This document shows, piece by piece, positions 47,629 to 57,374 of a stretch of DNA of 64,000 nucleotides (its first letter is position 1; the number at the start of each line of letters is the position of its first letter). Below the pieces are notes generated by a model. That model did no database searches and had not been told where the DNA came from. It worked only from the letters and a program-made list of their open reading frames with translations. This stretch comes from Rebecca billardiae RCC1528 (taxonomy: Eukaryota; Protista; Haptophyta): positions 496,001 through 560,000 of the forward strand of contig OZ251234.1 of the NCBI GenBank assembly GCA_965240325.2, written 5' to 3'. The position numbers and the translations under genes are program-made.

Positions 47629-50151
47629 ATGTCTACGCAGCTCTTGCGCTTCCTGCCGGACGACAATGGCGGCGCGCACCTCCCCGTCGAGGCGCAGCTG
47701 CACGGCTCGCGCGTGGTGGGTGCGCTGAACGAGGACCTCGCCGAGCTCCTCGCCCTCGACGACCGCGCGTTCGCCGCGCGCGTGCGGGCGGATGCCACGA
47801 TCGCGTCCGCCGCGGCCTCGTTCTTGCAGCACCGCGCGCGCACGCCGCGGGTGGACGGCCCCTCGGCGGCCGAGGGCGTGGAGCTCGTGCAGCTTGACCG
47901 GCGCATGCTGCTGCTTCTCCTCCGACTGGCCGAGCTGCCCACACCCAGCGTGCCCGCGAGCGCCGCACAAGCGCTCGACGTCGCGGCTGTCTTTGGGCTG
48001 GCCGAGCCGGAGCGCGCGCGGCACGTGATCGCGCGCGCGCTGCAGCTCAGCCCGGGGCTGGCGCGCGAGCTCGCGGCGGCGCTAGAGCTGGCGGCGGACG
48101 CCGTGCAGTCCGCGCTCGCGCGCATCCCCGCGCGCCCGAGCAGCCGCGCGCCAATCGAGCCGGAGGGCGCGCACGCGGTCGCACTGGCGCTCGAGGTGGC
48201 GTGCACAGCGCACGCGCTCGCGCTCGCTCTCGCAGGCGCGGCGTGGCTGGAGGCGCAGCTGCTGCCGGCGGACGGCGTGCCGGGCCCGCTGGTGCTCGCG
48301 CTCGGGCGCGCGTACGCCCCGTGCCGCGCGCTCGCCGCAGCCGCGCCGGGCACGGCGGCGGCCAGCGACGCGCGCGCCGCGTGCGCGCACACACTGCTGC
48401 TGCTCGAAGCCGCAGCGCTGCGCCCGGCGCGCGGCGCCGAGGCGGCCGACGAGGGCGTGGGCGGGGAGGGCGAGGGCGGCGCTGCTGCTGCCGCCACCGA
48501 GCACGGTGGCGACACGGGCCGTGGGCGCGGCCGAGGCCGGCGCGGCGGCGCGCGGGGCGGCGGCGGCGGCGGGCGGCGCGGCCGCCCACTGGCCGCCTCG
48601 TCCGAGCCGGGCGCGGGCGCGGCGGGCGCGGGCGCGTCCTCGGCCGCGGCGGCGGGCGCGGTGCGGCCGAACCAAGCGCTTGGCCAGCTGCTGCAGGCGC
48701 TGCCCGCGCCGGTGGCGGCCGACGGCCCTCCGGGCCTCGCGCCGCCGAGCGACCGGCCGCACCCGCTGCGCGCCGACCTGCGCGCTGCGTTCCCAGCGGC
48801 GCTCGGCGCCGCCCTCGGCGAGGGCGGCGGCGGCGGCGGCGCGGCGGTCGGCGCCGGCGGCGCCGCGCCGCCTTCGCCGCGCACGCGCGCGCGCATCGCC
48901 GAGGTGCGCGAGATGATGCCGCACCTGGGCGACGGGTACGTGCGCGCGTGCCTCCACGCGCACGGCGGCGACGCGCACGCCACGCTCAACGCTCTGCTCG
49001 AGGGCCAGCTCCCCGCGGCACTCGCAGCGCTCGATCCGGCGCTGGGCGAGTGGGCGCCACCCGCCGCGCCGCCGCCCGCCGGCGCGGCCGCGGCGCGCGC
49101 GCCGCCGCTGCCGCCGGCGCCGTCGGACGGCGAGCGCGGCGGGCGGTGGCAGCGCTCGGACGCGGCACTCACCCGCGAGCTGCTGGACGAGCGCTCCGCC
49201 GCCTCCGGACGGCTGCTCCCGCGCGCGCTCCTGCGAGTCCTGGAGCTGGAGGAGGAGCTGCGCTACGACGACGATTTTGACGAAACGCTGCAGGATGGCG
49301 GCTCCGCCGGAGGCGCGGTCTCGTTCGAGCTGCCGAGCGCGGAGACGCTCGTGGTGGCGGAGGAGGCGGGCGCGGCGCGGCGCGCGCCGCGCGGCCCCGA
49401 CGCGCCAGCCGGCGGCCGCGCCGACGGCGGCCGCGAGCCGCGCGCCGCCCCCGCGCCGTCCGCCGCCGCCGCGGGCCCTCAGAGCGTGGCGGAGTGGCTT
49501 GGCGCGATCGGCCTCCCCGCGCACAAGTACGCGCCGATGCTCGAGCGCGTGGGCTGCACGCGGATCGAGCTCGTCCCGAGGCTGAGCGAGAGCAAGCTGC
49601 GAGCCGCCGGCGTGACGGACGAGCGCCACCGCGCCAAGCTCGTCGCGAGCGCGCACAGGCTGGGCCAGCGGCAGGGCGGGGCGCTTGTTGTCGTCGCGCC
49701 CGCGGACGGCGCGGTGGGCGGGCGCGGCGCCGGCGCGGGCGCGCGCGCCGAGGAGGAGGAGGACTACTTCCGCGCGACCCGGCTGCACTTCGACCCGAGC
49801 CAGCGCGCGTTTTGGGCGGAGGACGGCTCGAATGAGAGCGAAGTGCGCACAGCGCTGCCACCGGCGATGCCGCCGAGCGGTGCCGCGCGCGCCGCCGGCG
49901 GTGCTGAGGCGGAGGGCGCGGAGGACACAGCATCGCATGGAACGGCGGCGGGCAGGGGCGGGCGCGGGCGCGGCCGGGGCGCGGGCAGAGGCGCGCGCGG
50001 CGAGGCCGGCGGCGCGCGCGGCGGGCGCGATGGCGGGCGCGCCAACCCGCGCTTCGAGCGCGAGCGCAAGTCCCACGGGCAGCGGCAACGCGCGGCCGCC
50101 AAGCAGCAGGGTCGCGGCGGCGGCGGCGGCGGCGGCGCGCCTGGCAGCTGA
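47629..50151 (+). CDS. ASCC2: ASCC2/Cue3-like CUE-domain protein with an additional SAM domain
   Basis: N-terminal LRFLP..LNEDLAELLALDDRAF; CUE IAEVREMMPHLGDGYVRACL..TLNALLEGQLP; YDDDFDET acidic motif; SAM SVAEWLGAIGL..KYAPML..LSESKLRAAGV..HRAKL; basic tail. Confidence 0.75.
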   Translation: MSTQLLRFLPDDNGGAHLPVEAQLHGSRVVGALNEDLAELLALDDRAFAARVRADATIASAAASFLQHRARTPRVDGPSAAEGVELVQLDRRMLLLLLRLAELPTPSVPASAAQALDVAAVFGLAEPERARHVIARALQLSPGLARELAAALELAADAVQSALARIPARPSSRAPIEPEGAHAVALALEVACTAHALALALAGAAWLEAQLLPADGVPGPLVLALGRAYAPCRALAAAAPGTAAASDARAACAHTLLLLEAAALRPARGAEAADEGVGGEGEGGAAAAATEHGGDTGRGRGRGRRGGARGGGGGGRRGRPLAASSEPGAGAAGAGASSAAAAGAVRPNQALGQLLQALPAPVAADGPPGLAPPSDRPHPLRADLRAAFPAALGAALGEGGGGGGAAVGAGGAAPPSPRTRARIAEVREMMPHLGDGYVRACLHAHGGDAHATLNALLEGQLPAALAALDPALGEWAPPAAPPPAGAAAARAPPLPPAPSDGERGGRWQRSDAALTRELLDERSAASGRLLPRALLRVLELEEELRYDDDFDETLQDGGSAGGAVSFELPSAETLVVAEEAGAARRAPRGPDAPAGGRADGGREPRAAPAPSAAAAGPQSVAEWLGAIGLPAHKYAPMLERVGCTRIELVPRLSESKLRAAGVTDERHRAKLVASAHRLGQRQGGALVVVAPADGAVGGRGAGAGARAEEEEDYFRATRLHFDPSQRAFWAEDGSNESEVRTALPPAMPPSGAARAAGGAEAEGAEDTASHGTAAGRGGRGRGRGAGRGARGEAGGARGGRDGGRANPRFERERKSHGQRQRAAAKQQGRGGGGGGGAPGS

Positions 50152-51802
50152 TGAGGGTCCACGTGCTAAGGTGGCTGAGACTTCGAATAAGCATATTCAT
50201 CGTCATCAGACTGCGCATCTAATGGCAGCGGCCATGACTCCGCGTGTGTGACTGTGTCGTGTCTCACGGACCGGACCGGATCGTCATCATAATTCATATA
50301 TAATTATTCTAAGTAGATAGATGATACGAGTGCCGTTAGGACGCGATGAACGGATATATGATCGGCTACGCCGATCTTCGGGTAGTGAACAACGAAGTTG
50401 AGGGCGCACGGCCCTAGTGGCTAGTCACCATCACGCAGCTAGTGAGCTTGTGAATGTGAGCAGCAGCCGCGGCTTGTGACGACACGGTCGGACGCGGACG
50501 GTCGGACGGTGCCGGTGCGGCGGGGGCAGCGGCGGCGCGACGGCGTCGGCGGTGGCGCGCTCGTACAGCGTCTGCAGCACGTGCGCAGCGTGACTGCGTG
50601 TGCAGCAGCGCGCCGCTCAGCTCCCGCCGCTCCACGCCGCCGCAGCGGCGCGCGCGGCGCGCGCCCGCCTCGGCCGCGGCCGCGCCCGCCACCAACCATC
50701 CGTCGCGCCGCCGCCAGCTGCTGCGCCGTCGGTGACGGCGGCGGGTCGAGTGCAGAGAGGAGGTGGATGAGCCAGTGCAGCTCGGACTGCGTGACGTCCA
50801 CGTCCACCACCGCGTCCTCCTTCGCCACCGCCATCTCCTCCGCCCGCCCCGCCCCCCAGCGGCGGTCCCACCACTTAGTAGGCGGCGACCGCGGCCCGGC
50901 GCACGCCGCCGTGACGCCGCGGGCGCCCGGCGAGCGCTCGGATGACGAACCGGCTGGGCGGCAGCGTGGGCGGCGAGGCGACGCGCTCTCCGCCGCTGAC
51001 GGAGGAGTTGACGGAGGTCGTGCGCGCGAGGTCGGCGGCGGTGTGCGCGGCGGCGCTGGGCGAGTGCGCCAGCCTCTCGGGCAGCACATGCGCCACATGC
51101 CCCGCCGCGCGCCCGCCGCCGCCCAGGCTCCCGCGCTCGGCCGCGCGCCGCGCCGCCGCGCTGTCCGGATGGCGCACCTCCCTCGACTGCGCCGCCACCA
51201 TCGCCCTCGCTCCCTGCAGTCGCCGCCCCCGCCGCCTGCCGTGACGCGCTCGCCGCGCGCCGTTCAGGCGGCACTCGCGGGCGGCGGCGTCGGCTGAGAG
51301 CCGGCGGCGGTGACGCGCGGGCGGCCGCCGCTGGCGAGGGTGAGGACGGGCATGCCGTTCGGCGCGCCTCCCTCGTCCGTGCCGCCACCACCGCCCTCGC
51401 TCCCTTCAGCCGCCGCCCCCGACGCCTCCGCCTGGCCGCTACAAAGGCCGCCGCATCGCAACGGACTCGCGCCGACGTGCGGGCGGCGGTTGGATCGTGA
51501 CTGTTCGCGACCAGAGATACCAGAAGTGACGGTTCGTTAACTCGTACCATAAAACTTTACTACAAGAGGCAGAATCAAAGCCGATCGCTGCCCTTTCAAG
51601 TTGTCCAGGACACACTCGTTTTCAGAGAGCTGTTAATCCTCGCAGATAGAGATGTCGAATCCCACCCGCATTGTAATACGTTGATACTGAAACGTTGTTT
51701 TTGAAGTGTGGTTCTCTTCAGAGGAGAAGGATAATAGGAGGTCTACGATACTTTACTCTTTGAATTGGAAACAGCAAACCAGAAGTGTATATCAGCAGGA
51801 GA

Positions 51803-51837
51803 ATCACGAACGGCCCACCATCACGAACGGCCCACCA
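51803..51837. repeat. 17-bp tandem duplication (atcacgaacggcccacc)
   Basis: Two exact adjacent copies. Confidence 0.9.
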
Positions 51838-52816
51838 GTTCTCTTAAGAGAAGAGGGATGCGTCTAATCTAAACCGCTGTTTTTCAGAAGCGCGTGAATC
51901 AAAGCTGACGACCCAACCTATCGTTTCTATGGTTGGCGAGCTGTTTCAGGCTCTTACAATTCAGGCATCTTACTATGACGGAATGTTCTAACACACGGCT
52001 GGTGTTATGTGCTATTCCACCCTGCATTCCCCTAAGTGTTACTATCGTTAAAATTAAGGGGCAGTACAAACGCAATCATTGCGGCAGCGATATCCACTCA
52101 TACGCGGTGGCCACCTACCGAAAAATCCCCAAAATCCTGCGCGCATCCTCTTTTTGATTTTGCGGAGCACGTGCGCCGCCCCCCCCGGCTTTCGCTCACG
52201 CTCAGACCTTTCGGGGGGGCCGTGCGCCATGATGAATCATCATCAACTACTATATATATACATGCATATATATTAGCCCGACACTCACTACAGTCCCGCG
52301 ATGATGACGACAGTCATCCGCCGGTTACCGCTCGCAGTGACGAAGACTCAGCAAAGCTCTCCGAGGAAGAGTCTCCGTCTGCTGCCGACGACCGTCCGAG
52401 TCCGCCGTCTGTGCCCGGCGCGGAACCGCGACAACTCGTCACGCCGCATTGCGGCATTGCGGAGACGCTGACGGCGCGGAACTGATATACCCCGGATTTA
52501 GCCGGAACGTCGTGAGTCGTGACCCGAGATGACCGACGGCAGCGCGGGCGGAGCCCGACTCGGCGGCGACCCGTGGGCGCGGTGATGATTCTGCCTGACT
52601 GAGTCTGATGATGGTCGTCGATCGTCGTGACTCACGAGCCGTCGTCAGTCGTGGTGCCAGTAGTGGGTCGGTCTCGTGCCAACTTAAGGCTAAGCGCCTG
52701 CACCACGTGCGCGCAGGCGCCACCGGTCGCACCTGCCCCTGGGCTGCGGCTCTGCTACCCCACCCCACCCCCCCCGACCAACCGCCGCGCCGGCGCGTGC
52801 GCGGCGCCAGGGTCCG

Positions 52817-54631
52817 TCAGCCTCCGAGCTCGTCGTCGCCGATCCTGTCGTCGTGGTCAAACGTCGAGTAGTGGTGGGCGCGCGCGGACGCACGCCGGGC
52901 CGCAGGGGCGGGCGTGTGGAGGCGGGCTGGCGGCGCGGCGGATGGGCCGGCGGCTGGGGTGGGCGGCGCGAGGCCACGCAGCCGCGCCCGTGAGGCGCCG
53001 CCGGCGAGCCGCCGGCCACGCAGCTGCCGCACGCCCGGCGCGATCCCACCGGCCGCCTGCGCGCCCGCGCCGCCGGCGGCTTTGCGCTTCGAGGGCAGGC
53101 GCGGATTGCGGCACGCGCCGTTGCGCATGCCGCACACGCGCTGGTGCCACACGATGTGCCACTCGGGGAACTGCTTGCCGTAGATCGCCTGCGGCGAGCC
53201 CCCCGGCGCGAGCGGCTTGAAGCGGATGCAGCAGTGCTCCTTGTTCTTGCCAGTGATCCCCATGCACCGCTCCACGAGCTCGCCGAGCTCGCGCACGCTC
53301 GGCCGGCACGGGTTGTCACGGAAGTCCTCCGCGTCGCCGTCGGCGGCCCAGTCGCACTTCACCTCCTCCGCCGCGCGCGGGTCGCTCCCGCCGACCCACG
53401 CGCCGGTGCGCGCCGCCTTGAACGCGGCCACGCGCGCGGCGAACGGCTCGCCCAGCGCGGCGACGCGCTCGCGGAAGCGGCGGGCGTACGTGTCGTAGAG
53501 CGCGTGGTCGAGCGGCGCGATGCGGCGCACGTGCGCGGCGCACTTGTCCATGTCCGGGCAGACCTCGGCGGAGCTGAAGGGCGGGAGCTTGGGGTCGCGG
53601 TGGCGGTGCACCGGCTGCTTGCGCTCGTACTGCAGCCGCGGCAGCGCGCGCGCGCCGAGCAGGTCCGCCGTGAGCAGCAGCGACGCGTCGAAGTCCTCGA
53701 CGGTGCCCACCACGTCGAACCTGTCGAGCGACGCCTTCACCTTTGCAAACGTGCCGTTGCTCATGTCCAGGTTGGAGCGCCAGCGCTTGGGGTTGCGCAC
53801 GTCGTAGTAGCGCGAGGCGAACTCGGTGGAGAAGGCGTTCCACAGCGCGTTCGTCTGCAGGTTGGGCGGCGCCCAGTCGACGAACGACGCGCCAAACTCC
53901 TTCTCCCCCTTGAGCTGCCGCCCCATGATGTCCCATTTGAAATAGGACAAATAAAAGGAGAGCGGCTCGCGCACGCGCGTGGTCAGCAGCACGCGGCAGC
54001 GGCCCGCCGTGCCCGCCGCGTCGCGCAGCTTGGCGATCTGGCCGACGCGCTTGTCCATGAAGTGGAACACGGGGAAGTGCGCCTCGAGGCACAGCTTGAG
54101 CGGCGGCGCCGACGCGTTCGCCGCCAGCTTGGGCAGCAGCCGCTCGGCTCGGTCGACAAAGTTGCCCCAGTGCGGCTCGTCCTGGCCGTAGCCCCAGTAG
54201 ACGCAGTCGCCGTACCGCGCGTTCTGCTCCATGATCTCGCGCACGGTCGTGCCGCCCGTCTTGTGGTTGTGCCGGTCGACGAGGATGAAGCAGTCACCGA
54301 GCTGCTCCGAGGCCGCCGCGCCCGCGGTGGCCGCGCCCGCATAGTGCGCGCGCGCGGCCGCGCGCGCGGCGGCGGGCTGCGCGGCGGGCGCCTGGCCACC
54401 GGCCGGATCGGACGCGTCGCGCGGCGGCGCCTTCTTCTCCCCCGCGCGCTCGTACTCGAGCGCGAGGCTCATCTCCGCCTCTGCGCGCGACTCGGCGTTG
54501 AGCGTGCGCTGCACGCTGACCGGCACGCTGAACATCATCGAGGTGGCGAGGCCGAGCCAGAGCGCGACGGACGCGGTGAGGAAGAGGCGCAGGCCCTTGG
54601 TGCACAGCACGGGCGCCGGCTTGGCCTCCAT
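52817..54631 (-). CDS. Golgi-type carbohydrate sulfotransferase (Gal-3-O-ST / Sulfotransfer_2-like)
   Basis: Signal anchor LFLTASVALWLGLA; 5'-PSB HNHKTGGTTV; 3'-PB TRVREPLSFYLSYF; FDVVGTVEDFDASLLL; LDHALY. Confidence 0.85.
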   Translation of the reverse strand: MEAKPAPVLCTKGLRLFLTASVALWLGLATSMMFSVPVSVQRTLNAESRAEAEMSLALEYERAGEKKAPPRDASDPAGGQAPAAQPAAARAAARAHYAGAATAGAAASEQLGDCFILVDRHNHKTGGTTVREIMEQNARYGDCVYWGYGQDEPHWGNFVDRAERLLPKLAANASAPPLKLCLEAHFPVFHFMDKRVGQIAKLRDAAGTAGRCRVLLTTRVREPLSFYLSYFKWDIMGRQLKGEKEFGASFVDWAPPNLQTNALWNAFSTEFASRYYDVRNPKRWRSNLDMSNGTFAKVKASLDRFDVVGTVEDFDASLLLTADLLGARALPRLQYERKQPVHRHRDPKLPPFSSAEVCPDMDKCAAHVRRIAPLDHALYDTYARRFRERVAALGEPFAARVAAFKAARTGAWVGGSDPRAAEEVKCDWAADGDAEDFRDNPCRPSVRELGELVERCMGITGKNKEHCCIRFKPLAPGGSPQAIYGKQFPEWHIVWHQRVCGMRNGACRNPRLPSKRKAAGGAGAQAAGGIAPGVRQLRGRRLAGGASRARLRGLAPPTPAAGPSAAPPARLHTPAPAARRASARAHHYSTFDHDDRIGDDELGG

Positions 54632-54854
54632 CGGGCCGAGTCGCCCCGCCCGCGAGTCCGCCCTCGCGTCGTGGAGACAGCGAGGCCTCGCGGTCGAGGC
54701 CGCGACCCTACCCAATACCGTACGATGGCGGCGGCTCTCCTCCGCTCGCAGGGAAGCAAGGGAAGGGCTTCGTCAAGGGCCAAGCACAGCCGGGGCGGTG
54801 GGCCCCTTTGCCCGGCTTGCGCCTCTGCCGCGGGGCGGCCGCGCGCGCGCCGCG

Positions 54855-56753
54855 ATGCGCTCGGTCGAGGAGCTCAACAAGCTCGTGCGCAGCGTCTCGG
54901 TCCAGCCGGACGCGCCGCTCAAGCGCTACCTCTCCGCCGCGAGCAAGGCGCGCGATGCCGGTTACAGCAAGTACGAGGAGTGCGACTGGGAGGCGGCGTA
55001 CGTGCTGCTGCTGCGCTTCGTCACGATGGTGCTCAAGGACATCGCGCGGCACCCGGACTGGCGCGTGCCCAAGGACTCCGAACAGCGCCACCAGGTGCGG
55101 CTGTACAAGGACCAGGCCGGCACCGCGCTCGGCATCCTCGAGGACGTGAAGCGCGAGCTCACGGCCGTCCTCCAGGTGGACGCGGCCGTGCGGCGGCAGG
55201 CGATGGAGCGGGAGGCGCAGGCGCGCGAGGAGGAGGCGCGCCGCGCCGCAGAGGCCGCCGCAGCCGCCGCAGCCGCCGCCGCAGCCGCAGCCGCACGCGT
55301 GGCAGCCAACCCGGCGGCCGCGGACGCGCGCGCGTTTGCGGGCGCAGGCACGGGTGCGCTCGACTTGCTGAGTGTGCTCGAGGGCTCGTGCGCGCAGGAC
55401 GAGCGGCCGCGCGCGAGCTACCCGACGCTGACGGGTCGTGAGAGCGGCGTAGGCGGCGGCGCGGCGGTGCCGGCGCGCATGGCCGCGCGCCACCCGCTCC
55501 CGCCCGCCCCGCCTGCGCCGTTTGCGCCGGGCGCCGCCTCAGGCCCGGCCTCTGCGCCCAGCGGAGGCGCGGCCGCGGCCGCGGCCGCAGCCGCCTCTGC
55601 CAGTGCTGCCGAGGCGGTGTTGATCCCGGGGCTGAGCGCGGATGGCGCTGCGGAGGAGTTGGAGGATGCACCCGCGCCGCGAACGAGCGCGCTGGACGAG
55701 CTCACTGCCGCGCTAGGGGACATGCCGCCGTCGGGCGCAAGCGCTCTCGCCGGCGCGGCCGAGGGCGGCGCGGCCGAGGGCGATGGCCACGCGGCGGCGC
55801 ACGCCGACAGCGGCGACAGCGTGGCCAGCGGGGGCAGTGGCGGGAACAGCGACGCGGCTGCACGGCCGCCTGACGCGCCGTCGAGCGCGCCCGCCGTGGC
55901 CGACCCCGTCGGCACCGTCTCGCCGCCCGCGGCCACCGCCGGCCGCTCGGCGCGCGCGGCGCCAGAGGCGGCGCAGCCAGCGGCGGAGCCGGCAGGCGCC
56001 AACGCGGACGGGGCGACGTCGGCCTCGCCCGCGTCGCCGGCGAGCACCGGGGCGGGCGCGGGCACGGAGGACGACGAGCCGGAGGACGCGCGGCTGGGCA
56101 GCAAGCGCTACCCCAACGAGGAGCGGCCGCACACCTCGTACACCGTCGAGCGCGTGCCGGAGGGCCCGATCAAACAGCCTCGCGAGCCGCGGAGCGCGCG
56201 CGACGCGCACGCGGTCGGCGCGCCGCCGCCGCCCAAGCTCAGCCAGCGGCCGCCGCTGCCGGCGGGCACGGACCACCGCGCGCGGCTGAGGCGGCACCTC
56301 GCGGTCCGCGGCTTCGCCGAGCACCCCGTGCCGGGCGACGGCAACTGCCAGTTCCACGCGCTCGTCGACCAGCTGCAGCAGAACGGTGTGAGCGGCGTCG
56401 ACGCGCGCTCGCTGCGCATGCGCGCGGTCGGCTGGCTCAAGGAGAACGCCAACCGGCCGATGGACGACGGCACGGCGGGCGGCGGCGTGGCGACGCTGCG
56501 CGAGTCGATCGGCGTGGCGGACTGGGGGCGGTACCTCGCCGACATGCGGCGCGAGGGCGTCACCTGGGGCGACGAGGGCACGCTGCTCGCCGTGTCCGCT
56601 CTGTACCGCGCCGAGATTGTGGTGATCTCCTCGCTGTCTGAGGAGTACTGCCACATCGTGCACCCGCCGCCGTGCTGGAAGATCCCGCTGCGCATCCGGC
56701 TGTACCTTGGGCACTACCACGAGTTTCACTACTCGTCGGTGCGATGGGCATGA
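54855..56753 (+). CDS. OTU-family deubiquitinase with an N-terminal USP8-dimerisation/AMSH-N-like domain
   Basis: N-terminal SVEELNK..PLKRYL..AYVLLLRFVTMVLKDIARHPDW; OTU PGDGNCQFHAL, WGDEGTLLA, YLGHYHEFHYSSV with Cys and His intact. Confidence 0.85.
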   Translation: MRSVEELNKLVRSVSVQPDAPLKRYLSAASKARDAGYSKYEECDWEAAYVLLLRFVTMVLKDIARHPDWRVPKDSEQRHQVRLYKDQAGTALGILEDVKRELTAVLQVDAAVRRQAMEREAQAREEEARRAAEAAAAAAAAAAAAAARVAANPAAADARAFAGAGTGALDLLSVLEGSCAQDERPRASYPTLTGRESGVGGGAAVPARMAARHPLPPAPPAPFAPGAASGPASAPSGGAAAAAAAAASASAAEAVLIPGLSADGAAEELEDAPAPRTSALDELTAALGDMPPSGASALAGAAEGGAAEGDGHAAAHADSGDSVASGGSGGNSDAAARPPDAPSSAPAVADPVGTVSPPAATAGRSARAAPEAAQPAAEPAGANADGATSASPASPASTGAGAGTEDDEPEDARLGSKRYPNEERPHTSYTVERVPEGPIKQPREPRSARDAHAVGAPPPPKLSQRPPLPAGTDHRARLRRHLAVRGFAEHPVPGDGNCQFHALVDQLQQNGVSGVDARSLRMRAVGWLKENANRPMDDGTAGGGVATLRESIGVADWGRYLADMRREGVTWGDEGTLLAVSALYRAEIVVISSLSEEYCHIVHPPPCWKIPLRIRLYLGHYHEFHYSSVRWA

Positions 56754-57374
56754 GTGGGGAGGGTCCAGCGCTCAGCAGCGGCCAGTCTGACGTGGGTGCG
56801 GGGGTGGACCACGGCGGGCGCGGCGCGGCCGGCGGCGCGCGAGCCGTCAGCCGGCCAACTCAACGACAACAGGCGCTAGATCGTCAGTACTTACAGCGCG
56901 GCAAACGTTCTATGATGCATATATGCGCGTTGTCGGAGCAGATTCTGACGCTGCGCATACTGTGAGCTGCGTGCAAGTCATGCCAAGACTGACACGACGG
57001 ACGTCATGCAGGCGCGACGGAAGCCTGACTGACGACGCTGAGGACTCGGTCTCGGACTCGGGCCTGAGGCTGAGTCGTGAGAGACTGAGAGCGTGCTGAG
57101 GCGTGGTGCCGACGATGAAGTGCTGCTTGCGACTCGGGCTCGGCTAGCCACTGAGACGCACGCCTACTGTGAGACGGCGGCGCGCATGACGATGACGCGC
57201 AGCGCAGATAGCGATGCTGCGCTCGGCGGCGGGAGCAATGCACAGCGTACACGCCAGGCAGACGCGCTGCGGCCGATGGAGGGCGGCGCCGCGGTCGGCC
57301 GTTCCGCGCTGCGCCTGGCGGTCGTCGTCGCCGTCGCCGTCGTCGCACCCAGCGCCACGGGCAGCCGGGCAACC

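Noticed and set aside
50439-51461. Possible minus-strand gene (contains DVDVTQSELHWLIHLLSALD) with an in-frame TGA at 51264-51266
   Set aside because: Coding-like composition but no recognisable domain and no consistent exon model.
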